The notes: a model not told the origin generated them from the sequence alone. Positions 47,112-57,552 are shown, counted from the first letter of the stretch. The stretch: 64,000 nucleotides of DNA from Dehalococcoidia bacterium (GCA_029941115.1 JAPYRK010000006.1:6821-70820); one strand, 5' to 3'. A program made the numbers and translations.

Positions 47112-48818
47112 TTACGCTCGGGCAGGATGAAACTCTCCTGCCAAAATAGTCCCATGAACCCTTATATCTTTAATGGTTTTGGGGTCTACTTCGTAAGGGT
47201 CCTCGTCGAGCACTGTAAAATCAGCATGCTTGCCGACTTCAATGCTACCTAAATGGTCATCTTGATTAAGTACGTGAGCGGCATCTACCGTGATTGCACG
47301 TAGCGCTTGATCCAGAGAGATACGCTCACCAGGAGCAACTATCGTCTTATTGTCAGTAGTTAGTCGATTGACAGCGATCCATACAGCAGTAAGAGGATGC
47401 ATAGGGGCCACAACTAAGTTGTAATCTGAATGGAGAGCAAAGGTCACGCCGGCTTTGACGAGTGATCCCAATCTGGCTGTGGCTTCCGCACGGTCAGGTC
47501 CGAAGCCTTTTTCTGCCTGAATTTTCGATCGATAGTGAACGAAATAGGGGTTAACGCTTGCAAGTCCCCCCAATGCTGACAATCGTCGTGCTTGGGCGGG
47601 AGTACTGATGCAGTAGTGTTCGATGGTAAATCGATGATCGAAGCGAGGTGCGGCATTCTGCAGCGCTTTGAGAGTGTTGAGTGTCATGTCGATCGTTTCG
47701 TCCCCGTTAGCATGGGAATGAATCTGAATGCCTTCCTTCCAGAAGGGGAGCATCCGGTCAAACATATCTTCCCATGGAACTTCTCCAGTGAGGCCCTCTT
47801 CACCATCCAAATAGCCGGGGTAATTCAGGCGTAGAGTCATTGACGGATAAGACCCATCATTTACGAATTTCACGCCATGGACTGCCAGCTGGTCGGATGC
47901 TTGAGAAGCCATATGTTGATAGAAATCAAGAAAATTCTCACCGTAGCGTCGCCGGAGTGATCCTTCAAAAGGTACAAGGAACATACGTAGGGGTAGTGAA
48001 CCATTAGTAATTGCCTTCGAGTGGTCATCCCATTCCTCCTCGAACGAATGAGTGCCGTAGAGCATATCAGCAGTGGTCGTGACGCCACTATTCACTGCTA
48101 CTTGACCCTGTAACTTCAGCGAGTCTGCTCCAAATCCAGCACCGTAGACCTGATTGCGAACTGCCCGGGCCGCGACTGCAGTCGCTTCGGTTTCTACGAA
48201 CCACCCATTTAATTTGCCGGTTGGATCACGTCCTAAGCCATGAATTTGGCTATTTTCATCGACACCTATTTTCTTAATCATCGGTGTATTGGTATAAATA
48301 ATGTGTGGCGCATAGGCAACGACCCAAATAGGAGTTTCGGTTGAAATGGCATCGAGTATGTCACGGTTTAGGTGGCCGCCTTGCATACCTGGGTCATACC
48401 CCCAAGCAACTAAGGGCGACTTTGTGGTTCCGTCACTGGAATCGGTCGCTTTCGCTACCAGCTCCTTCAACCGAGATATGACGGATTCTTGATCGGGTAA
48501 TCCTGAAAGTGGCTGTCCAAGGTGATCCGTGGAATCGATAGGACCGACATAGTTTAAACTCATGTATGTACCTGAAAGCCTGAGATGGGTATGGGGATCA
48601 ATGAAACCAGGTAAGATGATTCGACCTAAGAACCTGTCATCGATTTCATAGGGCGTTCGGCGCAGCCATGGCTGCATTGACTCAAGGGTGCCGACAGATA
48701 CTATTCTTCCATTGCTAACTGCCACGGCATCGGCTTGTGGCCGACCAGGGTCCATGGTGTGAATTCGTGTGGCGGTAAATACAGTAAGTTTATCCATCAG
48801 TCGTTCGGTTTTCTCCAC
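47112..48818 (-). CDS. amidohydrolase family (Amidohydro_3, metal-dependent TIM-barrel hydrolase)
   Basis: 568 aa with an N-terminal HxH region (IDPHTHL), HSH and a C-terminal HSD metal ligand pattern. Confidence 0.85.
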   Translation of the reverse strand: MEKTERLMDKLTVFTATRIHTMDPGRPQADAVAVSNGRIVSVGTLESMQPWLRRTPYEIDDRFLGRIILPGFIDPHTHLRLSGTYMSLNYVGPIDSTDHLGQPLSGLPDQESVISRLKELVAKATDSSDGTTKSPLVAWGYDPGMQGGHLNRDILDAISTETPIWVVAYAPHIIYTNTPMIKKIGVDENSQIHGLGRDPTGKLNGWFVETEATAVAARAVRNQVYGAGFGADSLKLQGQVAVNSGVTTTADMLYGTHSFEEEWDDHSKAITNGSLPLRMFLVPFEGSLRRRYGENFLDFYQHMASQASDQLAVHGVKFVNDGSYPSMTLRLNYPGYLDGEEGLTGEVPWEDMFDRMLPFWKEGIQIHSHANGDETIDMTLNTLKALQNAAPRFDHRFTIEHYCISTPAQARRLSALGGLASVNPYFVHYRSKIQAEKGFGPDRAEATARLGSLVKAGVTFALHSDYNLVVAPMHPLTAVWIAVNRLTTDNKTIVAPGERISLDQALRAITVDAAHVLNQDDHLGSIEVGKHADFTVLDEDPYEVDPKTIKDIRVHGTILAGEFHPARA

Positions 48819-49132
48819 TCATAAGTAACGCCAGCAAGTTGCTCTCTCTTTAAAGAAATGTGAGTGGCTTTAAACTTTATACCTTATCGCCCCCTTCTTT
48901 TTATAAGGTTCAGCTAGTCCCAACTCGTCAGTATTTACAAGTGTAAACGCTAATTAAGCACTCAACTAATTACAGGTGAATTCAAGGGCATTGCTACCTG
49001 ATTGCTGCACGCTAGGCCAGCAGGTCAAAGAACGGTCACCCTTTCCTTTAACCGATGGGGGCCACCTAACTATATTTCACCGGAAAACAAACAGAGGGAG
49101 GGAGGTCAGGCGTTCGCCCCCCTAGCTCCGTC

Positions 49133-49190
49133 TGTTGGGGGAGTCCATTTACATAAAATCTCTGGGAGAAATGGTTACACTCCCTGCATG
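49133..49190 (+). promoter_or_regulatory. copy B of the duplicated promoter/leader module, upstream of a 40-codon ORF and the lyase gene
   Basis: See copy A. The ATG at 49188 opens MSKNLDKDELIKRIERLRSNNPVSKIDEEEINARKHAFWG, which overlaps the RBS and start of the downstream gene. Confidence 0.5.
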
Positions 49191-49281
49191 AGTAAGAACC
49201 TAGACAAAGACGAACTAATAAAACGCATTGAGCGATTACGCTCTAATAATCCAGTGTCAAAGATTGATGAGGAGGAAATAA

Positions 49282-50640
49282 ATGCAAGAAAACACGCCTT
49301 TTGGGGATAGCGGTAGTACGTCAGTCAGTGAAATATTTAGTGAGTCCAATCTGTTTCAATCCTACTTGGATGTTGAGGCGGCGCTTGCCCGAGCCCAGGC
49401 GAGTCAAGGAATAATTCCAGTCGAGGCCGCTATTGTGATATCCGAAAAAGCAAAACTTGAATTGTTGAGTCTCCAAAATATATATGACGGATTGAATAAA
49501 ACAGGACACCCCTTAGTCCCGTTGATTTGGGAGTTAGATAGGATCTGTGGCGAAGAGGCAGGTGGATATATACACTGGGGCGCCACGACTCAAAACATCA
49601 CACAAACGGGAAAGATACTGCTGGTTAAGCAATGCCACGATAGTTTCTTAAAGGATCTCGGAGCTCTACTGCATGTGCTCGGAGAACTGGCGGAAAAGAC
49701 TAAGGATTATGCCCTGCCCGGAAGAACTCACGGCCAACATGCTGTTCCGGCAACTTTCGGCTATAAAGTGGCCGTATGGATTGACGAATTAATGCGGCAT
49801 GTCGATCGCTTGCAAGGAAGCGAGGAACGGGTCTTTGTGGCAATGCTTGGCGGTGGGGCTGGAACGATGGCCTCTGTCGGTCTTGATGGTCTCGAAACTC
49901 AAAGGCTAATTGGCGAGGATTTAGGATTAGGTTCAATGACTATGCCTTCCAGAGTGATAGGCGATCATCTGACGGAATACATCACTATTCTCGCCATGCT
50001 TGCTGCGACAGCTAGCAAGATGTCACGTGAAATTTATACCATGATGAAACAGGAATTCGGTGAAGTTGAAGAGCCCGTGCCTCTGGGTGCTGTCGGTTCA
50101 TCAACTATGCCCCAGAAACGTAATCCTCGTTTATGTCAGGATGTTGTCGCTTGGGCTGCAGAAATCCGGACATTTGTGCCGATGTCCTTAGAAGCAATGC
50201 AAACTGAGCATGAGGCTGATAAAACCACCAGCATGATGATTAATTCTGCCATTGATAGGACGTGTGTACTTATGGGACAAATTACTACTGCGCTGATTGA
50301 GATATTTTCCGATCTAAAGATTTTCCCTGACCGGATGAGGCAGAATCTTGAACTTAGTGGAGGACTGATACTTTCTGAGAGAATCATGCTGGAATTAGGT
50401 CAGGAGATGGGGCGGCAAAAAGCTCACGATGTGGTTTATGATGCTGCACAAAGATCAGTTAATGAGGGAAGGCCGTTTACAGAGACGCTACAAGAGGAGC
50501 CTGAAGTGACTAAGCGACTGTCTAAAGCCGATATATTGGATCTGCTCGATCCGGAGCAATATACCGGTCTATGTTCATATTTTGCACAGGAATTCTCAAG
50601 AAAGGCCCAGAAAAAGAGTCTGGAGTTGATTGGTGACTAA
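49282..50640 (+). CDS. fumarate-lyase superfamily enzyme (3-carboxy-cis,cis-muconate cycloisomerase / adenylosuccinate lyase-like)
   Basis: GSSTMPQKRNP signature and HEAD catalytic region; 452 aa. A strong GGAGG RBS precedes the start. Confidence 0.85.
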   Translation: MQENTPFGDSGSTSVSEIFSESNLFQSYLDVEAALARAQASQGIIPVEAAIVISEKAKLELLSLQNIYDGLNKTGHPLVPLIWELDRICGEEAGGYIHWGATTQNITQTGKILLVKQCHDSFLKDLGALLHVLGELAEKTKDYALPGRTHGQHAVPATFGYKVAVWIDELMRHVDRLQGSEERVFVAMLGGGAGTMASVGLDGLETQRLIGEDLGLGSMTMPSRVIGDHLTEYITILAMLAATASKMSREIYTMMKQEFGEVEEPVPLGAVGSSTMPQKRNPRLCQDVVAWAAEIRTFVPMSLEAMQTEHEADKTTSMMINSAIDRTCVLMGQITTALIEIFSDLKIFPDRMRQNLELSGGLILSERIMLELGQEMGRQKAHDVVYDAAQRSVNEGRPFTETLQEEPEVTKRLSKADILDLLDPEQYTGLCSYFAQEFSRKAQKKSLELIGD

Positions 50641-50693
50641 TTAGCCGCGAGGAAATCGAGTTCATGAAGAGACTCGAAAGATGGGAACCCTCT

Positions 50694-51467
50694 TTAAACT
50701 TTATAGCCCCCATCAACACTTATAACCTGGCCTGTAATTCCTGCCGACTCAGGCGCGGCGAGCAACGCTGCCATGGGACCAAGCTCCTCTGGTTCCAAGA
50801 CTCTGTTCTGAAGATTTTCTGCCGATCTCCATGCATGAGCTTCAGCTGCATCTGTGCCGCGAGCTCGCCCCATTGCGTCCCAATCAACGAGTGCGGTATT
50901 TGTCCAACCTGGACAAAGACAATTCACGGTTATTCCGTCTGCGGCCACCTGTCCGGCTAAGGCTTTTGTGAATCCGATAAGACCGTGTTTTGCGCTCGTG
51001 TATGCGAGCGCCCCCCCGCTTCGTTTTGCGTAGCCCGATCCAATGGTGAGGATTCGACCAAAACTGTTTTCTTTCATATGTGGAAGAGCTTCACGAGTTG
51101 TCCAGTATGCTGACGTGAGATTCAGGGCTAAGTTGGCTTCGAAAGTGTCATCATCATGTGTGTATGGATTTTGGTCACCTGGTACACCACCACCGACATT
51201 GTTGACCAGGATGTCTATCTGACCGAAATGACTTACAGCCTCGATGACAGGTTTTTTTGATTCAAGTCTGTTGAGGGCGTCGGCCTCGACCGCCAGGCCG
51301 ACGCTGCCGATTTCGTTAATTTCTTCGACTACAGCGTCAAGTTGCGAGCGCGTACGAGCGGAAACCACTACTTTGGCCCCTTCGCGAGCAAGCTCAAGGG
51401 CGATTGCTCTCCCGATTCCTCTTCCACCACCCGTTACCACAGCCACACGATTTTCTAATCGTCCCAT
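50694..51467 (-). CDS. SDR family oxidoreductase
   Basis: VTGGGRGIGRAIALELA and NNVG; 257 aa. Confidence 0.85.
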   Translation of the reverse strand: MGRLENRVAVVTGGGRGIGRAIALELAREGAKVVVSARTRSQLDAVVEEINEIGSVGLAVEADALNRLESKKPVIEAVSHFGQIDILVNNVGGGVPGDQNPYTHDDDTFEANLALNLTSAYWTTREALPHMKENSFGRILTIGSGYAKRSGGALAYTSAKHGLIGFTKALAGQVAADGITVNCLCPGWTNTALVDWDAMGRARGTDAAEAHAWRSAENLQNRVLEPEELGPMAALLAAPESAGITGQVISVDGGYKV

Positions 51468-51529
51468 ATTCAGACTCCTTTAAACTCTAAGATTAAGACC
51501 GTCAGGATAGTTCTTAATATACTGATGGT

Positions 51530-52933
51530 GTGCTTTTGGAGTCCGAGATTACAAATAAATCTTCACAAAATTTTAAAGTGTTAATTGTCTCTGCATATGA
51601 ATTAGGTCATCAACCGATTCCAGTGGCCACCGCCGCCTCTATTTTTCGCCGAGCGAACTGTGACGTGAGCGTTCTAGATCTGGCGACATCTCCCAGTGAT
51701 TTTGATCTACGAAGTGTGGATGTTCTTGTAATTTCATGTTCTATGCATACCGCATCCAGATTGGGTTTGGAGTTTGCAAGAGGTGCCAAGTTGCTTAATC
51801 CTGAAATGCGTGTTGTGGGATTTGGTTTGTATGCGTCGTTACTTGCGCAGGACGAACACATTAATAATGAGATTGATTTTTGGATTGGGGGCGAGTTTGA
51901 GACTGGGCTATTAGAATTTGTTGATTTGTTAGTTGAAACTCCAAAGCTTTCTGAATTGTCAGGTGAAGGTATTTCTGGACTTGGACAACACCCTAACTTC
52001 AAGCGGGCCGTGCATTTACTCCCAGACCGAGTAGGCTTGCAATCACTGAAGCACTACGGGCATGTGGAACGAACGGATGGTAGTCATTTTGCTGGCGCGG
52101 TCGAAGCTACGCGAGGGTGCGCGCATATGTGTTCTCACTGTCCAATTCCGTCGGTTTATGGAGGAAAACTACGATTAGTTGATCGCGATCTAGTGCTTAA
52201 GGATATCGATGGTCAAATTGAGCTGGGGGCTCAGCACATCACTTTCACCGATCCGGATTTCTTCAATGCGGTGCCGCATTCGCTGTCGATTATCCGTGAA
52301 ATGCGAGAGAGATATTCAGGAGTTACATTTGACGCCACGATCAAAGTTGAGCACTTGATCGAGTATCAGGGGAATATTTCTGAGCTGAGTGAATTGGGTT
52401 GCTTATTTATTACTTCGGCATTCGAATCGCTAAACGATTCTATCCTGAATAAGTTAGCGAAAGGTCATACCTCAAAGGATTTGTATACGGTACTGGATTC
52501 AGTGAGGGCTTCCGACTTATTTATTAATCCAACCTGGTTGCCATTTACTCCATGGACTCAAATTCAGGACATTAAGGACATACTCATATTCTCTGCCGAG
52601 CAAGGCTTGGTGAGCAGGGTTCCTTCAATCCAGTATGGTCTACGTTTACTGATACCTCCGCGGTCATTATTGATTAAAGAACTTGAGAGTGAGGGTTTAC
52701 TTGGCAAGTTTAATAATGAAAAATTGACATACGAGTGGAGTAACGAAAAGGCAGATACGCTACAAAGAGAGATCAGTGAACTGGTTGAAGTTGGCCAAAG
52801 AGATCGGCATGATTTCGGTGATATTTTCACTGATGTGTGGGATCTGGTGTTTGGGTATGAAACCCCTATTCCAGCTGTAAAGGTCGATGTTCCAGATTTT
52901 ATTCCCGGTCTTACTGAAGGGTGGTTTTGCTGA
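51530..52933 (+). CDS. B12-binding domain-containing radical SAM protein
   Basis: An N-terminal Rossmann-like B12-binding region (KVLIVSAYELGHQP) followed by the CxxxCxxC cluster motif RGCAHMCSHCPIP. Confidence 0.72.
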   Translation: MLLESEITNKSSQNFKVLIVSAYELGHQPIPVATAASIFRRANCDVSVLDLATSPSDFDLRSVDVLVISCSMHTASRLGLEFARGAKLLNPEMRVVGFGLYASLLAQDEHINNEIDFWIGGEFETGLLEFVDLLVETPKLSELSGEGISGLGQHPNFKRAVHLLPDRVGLQSLKHYGHVERTDGSHFAGAVEATRGCAHMCSHCPIPSVYGGKLRLVDRDLVLKDIDGQIELGAQHITFTDPDFFNAVPHSLSIIREMRERYSGVTFDATIKVEHLIEYQGNISELSELGCLFITSAFESLNDSILNKLAKGHTSKDLYTVLDSVRASDLFINPTWLPFTPWTQIQDIKDILIFSAEQGLVSRVPSIQYGLRLLIPPRSLLIKELESEGLLGKFNNEKLTYEWSNEKADTLQREISELVEVGQRDRHDFGDIFTDVWDLVFGYETPIPAVKVDVPDFIPGLTEGWFC

Positions 52934-53060
52934 GCGGAACCAACTTCTGAGCAGTTTGCTCAACTGACGACCATCACGACCTAGCTCATCACTAAAAGCA
53001 TTACTGCGATGGGCTAAGCTTAGGCTATTCTCTTGTTGAAAGAACACCAAGGAGGGTGAC

Positions 53061-53897
53061 ATGAAATTCGGCGTAAGTATGTTTATGACTGACTATGCTT
53101 TATATCCTGATATTTTAGCGAAAGAAGCAGAAGCGAGAGGATTTGAATCGCTCTGGTTCCCTGAGCACACTCATATTCCAGCTAGCAGGAAATCTGCATA
53201 TCCAGGCGGTGGAGAACTTCCCCAGCAGTATTATCACTCGCTCGATCCTTTTGTGGCACTCACGGCGGCTGCGACTGTGACAGAAAAAATAAAACTAGGT
53301 ACCGGAATTGCGCTTGTAATCGAACGTGATCCAATCACGTTAGCCAAGGAAGTTGCAAGTATTGACTATGTGTCCAATGGTAGGTTCTTGTTTGGAATTG
53401 GTGGCGGTTGGAACAGGGAAGAAATGGAAAATCATGGAACTGACCCGAGCAGACGGTGGAAGCTACTTCGTGAACGAATCGAAGCTATGGTAGAAATTTG
53501 GACAAAGGATGAGGCTGAATATCATGGTGAATTCGTTGATTTTGATCCTATATGGTCCTGGCCTAAACCAGTGCAGAAACCCTATCCACCGATTATGCTT
53601 GGCAACGCCGGTCCAGGCGCAATTTCACGCGCTGTGAGATTTGCTGATGAGTGGATGCCGATAGGGGCTCGATTAGATCTCGCTGAAAGAATTAGTGAGT
53701 TAAATGACAAGGCAGAAGCAGCCGGTCGTGGGCCTATTCCGGTCACTAACTGGGGCACGGCCCCAAATCGTGAAGCGATAGACGAGCTTGCGGATATTGG
53801 TGTGGGACGAGCGATTTTTGGTCTGCCTTCAGCTAAAGAAGATGAAGTAATCCCATTGCTTGACAGATATGCCGAGCTAATCGCACCCTTGATTTAG
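53061..53897 (+). CDS. LLM-class F420/flavin-dependent oxidoreductase
   Basis: MKFGVSMF start, GTGIALV, and the GRFLFGIGGGW LLM signature; 278 aa. Confidence 0.85.
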   Translation: MKFGVSMFMTDYALYPDILAKEAEARGFESLWFPEHTHIPASRKSAYPGGGELPQQYYHSLDPFVALTAAATVTEKIKLGTGIALVIERDPITLAKEVASIDYVSNGRFLFGIGGGWNREEMENHGTDPSRRWKLLRERIEAMVEIWTKDEAEYHGEFVDFDPIWSWPKPVQKPYPPIMLGNAGPGAISRAVRFADEWMPIGARLDLAERISELNDKAEAAGRGPIPVTNWGTAPNREAIDELADIGVGRAIFGLPSAKEDEVIPLLDRYAELIAPLI

Positions 53898-53937
53898 ATA
53901 ATATTTCTCGCCCGGACAATTTATTGATGAGGGGTAT

Positions 53938-54705
53938 TTATTTCATTTTCCACACAGGAGGTCGTTTTTCGGCGAAAGCTTTAGCGCCTTCGATTGAATC
54001 CTCAGATGTCCAGACTGACTCGACCAGATGAGCGCTCATTTTCCGAGCATAGTCAGACGGGAGTTCTAGTCCAAGTTTGGCAAGCTTACGTGTGGCGTTT
54101 ATTGCGAGAGGCGCATTACCAGCAATTGTTTCAGCCATTTTAGTTGCAGTGTCCATGAGGTCTGCTTGGGGCACGACCTTTGTCACTAGACCCATACGAA
54201 GCGCTTCTTCTGCATCAACCGGTTCACCGCTTAGTAGTAACCACATAGAATTTGATAGACCCACCAACCTCGGTAGGTCGAATACGCCTCCGGGAGGGCA
54301 GAGCCCAACTTTTACCTCCGCAAGTGCGAGTCGCGCGTTGTCTGAGCAGATACGGATGTCGCAAGTAAGTGCCTTTTCAAGTCCACCTCCATACGCGGCC
54401 CCATTGATGGCCGCTATTGTTGGCTTTCCCAGATCGATTGGTGCTCGACCAAAATCACGCTTCGGCGCCGGCCCGGTTTCGGTGCCTTCTGTTTCGGCCA
54501 CTTCTTTAAGGTCTCGACCGGCGCAAAAGGCCCTGTCTCCTGCTCCAGTGTATATGCCGACCAAGGCGTCATCATCGGCAGCAAATTGCTCTTCTGCTTG
54601 CCTTAGTTCGGCTCCGAGTTGCTTGCCTAGGGCATTCATTCGATCAGGACGATTTAGCGTAATGTATCCAATGTGATTTTTTGTTTCATAAATTACGTAT
54701 TCCAT
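53938..54705 (-). CDS. enoyl-CoA hydratase/isomerase (crotonase) family
   Basis: AFCAGRDL ... AAINGAAYGGGLE oxyanion-hole motifs; 255 aa. Confidence 0.85.
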   Translation of the reverse strand: MEYVIYETKNHIGYITLNRPDRMNALGKQLGAELRQAEEQFAADDDALVGIYTGAGDRAFCAGRDLKEVAETEGTETGPAPKRDFGRAPIDLGKPTIAAINGAAYGGGLEKALTCDIRICSDNARLALAEVKVGLCPPGGVFDLPRLVGLSNSMWLLLSGEPVDAEEALRMGLVTKVVPQADLMDTATKMAETIAGNAPLAINATRKLAKLGLELPSDYARKMSAHLVESVWTSEDSIEGAKAFAEKRPPVWKMK

Positions 54706-54964
54706 AATTTCTCCTTACTAGCGTGCCGATATCGAAAGGGCATCAGGGTGTCATTGAGTGACGTCAGAATATCAGAGCAGGCAGATTTTTTGCTAGTTTA
54801 TTTGTTTTTACCATATTTAGATTTACAGTTATGTACGGGAGTGAATCACGAGCAATACAAAACCTACAAATCCTACGGCGTCTAAGCCGTCTCTTCGTAC
54901 GACCCTGTCTGTCTTTGCGATTAGAGATTTCCGCCTCCTGTGGACTTCTTCGACCTTTTCTTTT

Positions 54965-56806
54965 ATGGGTATGAATATGCAAATGTTAGTCCGAGGGGCA
55001 ATTGCCTGGGAGTTGACTAATTCATATAGCGCCACAGCGTTTTTGATGGTTGCTTTCATGCTCCCTCAAATGTTTTTTACACTACCCGGAGGCGCTTTAG
55101 TCGATCGGGTTGAAAAGCGAAACATGATGATGCTCATGCAAGCGACGATGGCAGCGGTGGCAGTAATAACAGGCGCAATGGTAATAACGGACACCATCAC
55201 AGCGATGTCTCTTTTTGTACTGGGTCTCCTACAAGGTGCGATCACGTCGATTGGTATGCCGGCTCGAACCCCGTTGATGGCTGAGATCGTGGCACAAGAT
55301 CGAATCGCAAGTGCGATGGCATTATCTAATAATTCGATGAATCTGACCAGAGCATTTGGTCCACTTGTTGCCGGTATTTTAATGACAACATTCCCGCACG
55401 TGAGCGATAGATTTGGCGCAGGATATGAATGGGCTTATTTTGCGCAGGGTGGATTTGGTGCATTATCTGTTGCGCTTCTTTTATTTGTTCCAACCTCATC
55501 AAAAAAGCGCGCCATGCAAATTGCTGCAGGGATGGTACCAACGGCCGTAATTCCAAGGGGCATCAAGGGAATCTCTTTTGGTGACGTGTTTTCAGATGTA
55601 ACAGCAGGGCTTAAATATGTAATAAGTACGCCTACATTGCGCACTCTAATGTTGATGATGTTAGTTCTGACTCTCTTTGCAATGCCATTTCAAAATTTAA
55701 TGGCTGGATATGTTGAGCTAGGCCTAGGCATTTCGGATTGGCAAGGTCAGCTTGGTGACTTGCTATTCATTTCAGGAGTAGGAGCACTTTTTGGGTCAGC
55801 TCTAATGACTTGGTTAGCTGAATGGGACAGACGACCACTTATTCAGTGGTTCGCGGGATTGGTGTGTAGTTTTGGTATGGTGGCACTTACTTTCGGGGCA
55901 TTTAGGTTTGGGTTCGTTGGCGCTGCAGTTGGTGTGACATTACTTGGCATAGGTACCACCGTCTATATGACAGCCTCTAGCACAATGATGTTGCTGTCAG
56001 CTAATCGAGAATATTACGGCCGAGTTATGAGTATATTCATGCTGTCATTTTCTGCTATGGCAGTCACCGTGTATCCGTTAGGGTTAGCTGCAGACTTGCT
56101 GGGGACACCACTTTTATTTGGACTGCTTGGAATTCTTGTGTTCATGTGTATGGTGATTGCGTTAATCGTCAACCCAGGATTCATATTTGGTCGAGTATCG
56201 GCAATCCCAGTAATGGCCACTCCTTCAAAAAACATAGGCCAACTTGATTCTCCAAATGCAGTTCCAAGTAAATCAAGTTTCGTGCAGAATTCGTCGATAA
56301 ACCCGGAGATACCTCTGAGAGCTGTCCAGCGGTCTTTTGTTGCAACTGGTCGAACTATCTCGCAGCAACGCAGCTCCCGCTTAGGGGGAATATCTACTCA
56401 AGTCACATATGGTCTAGGAAAAATAAGTCCTGAGAAGAAGATCGATTTAATGCGCGGGACAAAAATTGGTAATTATGGATTAGGCAACTTTTTTAATGGC
56501 GGAGCAACCAGTATTTCGCTTGGGGAGAATTTATCGTTTGATGGACCAGAAGAAAATAGTGAGACTGAGCCACTCTTTCAATCTACCTTTGATGAAGTGA
56601 TTCAAGAGAGCAAGCCAGATGATAATAATGCTCGTGCAACCGAAAATTCATTCCAGTATCGACCAGATATTGACACCGAAGCTCTGAAGAACTTTTTTAC
56701 TGCTCAAAATCAGCCGAGCAGATGGCGAAAGATGTTTGTCGCTGGGTGCAGTGCAGCAGCAATTACTGCGGGAGTCATGCGCCTTTATGAGAGATCTGAT
56801 CAATAA
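54965..56806 (+). CDS. MFS transporter (EntS/MFS_3-like) with ~200 aa hydrophilic C-terminal extension; N-terminus probably begins upstream of the first ATG
   Basis: 12 TM core (LTNSYSATAFLMVAFMLPQMFF...). The in-frame upstream codons encode RDFRLLWTSSTFSF, which is typical of the family N-terminus, but there is no ATG, GTG or TTG back to the stop at 54842. Confidence 0.78.
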   Translation: MGMNMQMLVRGAIAWELTNSYSATAFLMVAFMLPQMFFTLPGGALVDRVEKRNMMMLMQATMAAVAVITGAMVITDTITAMSLFVLGLLQGAITSIGMPARTPLMAEIVAQDRIASAMALSNNSMNLTRAFGPLVAGILMTTFPHVSDRFGAGYEWAYFAQGGFGALSVALLLFVPTSSKKRAMQIAAGMVPTAVIPRGIKGISFGDVFSDVTAGLKYVISTPTLRTLMLMMLVLTLFAMPFQNLMAGYVELGLGISDWQGQLGDLLFISGVGALFGSALMTWLAEWDRRPLIQWFAGLVCSFGMVALTFGAFRFGFVGAAVGVTLLGIGTTVYMTASSTMMLLSANREYYGRVMSIFMLSFSAMAVTVYPLGLAADLLGTPLLFGLLGILVFMCMVIALIVNPGFIFGRVSAIPVMATPSKNIGQLDSPNAVPSKSSFVQNSSINPEIPLRAVQRSFVATGRTISQQRSSRLGGISTQVTYGLGKISPEKKIDLMRGTKIGNYGLGNFFNGGATSISLGENLSFDGPEENSETEPLFQSTFDEVIQESKPDDNNARATENSFQYRPDIDTEALKNFFTAQNQPSRWRKMFVAGCSAAAITAGVMRLYERSDQ

Positions 56807-57159
56807 GCCTAGTTAACCTGTGGGTATTGTTTTGAATGTGCCGTGGGTGACAGACTCCAGACAGTGAATTAGTGCGGGGCTGTCATTCATACAAGGTATC
56901 CAGGTAAAGTTAGCGTCTCCCGCATCCTCCCAAGTTAGTTCATAGGCTTCCTTGGTTTTCTTTGGTCAGAAATGAAGAATGAAAGCTCGTAGAATGAACT
57001 ATTGAAGGAGTTTTGGAAGGTCAATCACCAACTTATCTGATAGAAATTCATCGCGTAGACTTTTACGTCTTGGGTATCCAGCGACTTGGGAGATCCGAGA
57101 TTTATTAGGAATATATGTTTAGACTGTGTTGCCAAAAAATTATCCTAAACGGCGAATAT

Positions 57160-57552
57160 TCATGAGACAACCTGGTGTGCAGTATGCGATGGAGGTACTG
57201 GACGCGTTGCGAGGAAAGTGCAAAGCACTATTCCAAAGCTGACGAATCCGATGTCAACCAGAATTGGAAAGTTGGTTAGCAAGATAGTGGCTCCTATGGT
57301 GGGGACTATAAGGCCGACGGCCGTGATTTTTGATCTGATACTGATACCATGATATTTTCTCCAGTTCTGGATTAGTGAACCAAAAATAGGATGCTCTAAT
57401 AGCCATCGTTCAAATCGTTCTGACGATCTGGAAAATGCCCATGCTGCAACAAGAACAAATATTGTTGTTGGAAGCCCGGGTACGAAAATTCCCACGAAGC
57501 CTAATCCAACGCAGATAAAGCCTAGTGCGAGGTATAAATAGCGCCTAATCAT
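57160..57552 (-). CDS. DUF454 (YbaN-like) inner membrane protein
   Basis: LALGFICVGLGFVGIFVPGLPTT...AAWAFSRSS is the conserved DUF454 N-terminus. Confidence 0.8.
   Translation of the reverse strand: MIRRYLYLALGFICVGLGFVGIFVPGLPTTIFVLVAAWAFSRSSERFERWLLEHPIFGSLIQNWRKYHGISIRSKITAVGLIVPTIGATILLTNFPILVDIGFVSFGIVLCTFLATRPVPPSHTAHQVVS

Noticed and set aside
49002-49310. 102 aa track ORF upstream of the lyase gene
   Set aside because: Only the last 40 codons, from the ATG at 49188 that follows the conserved promoter module, look meaningful. The upstream 62 codons are G-rich and start with a non-canonical codon.
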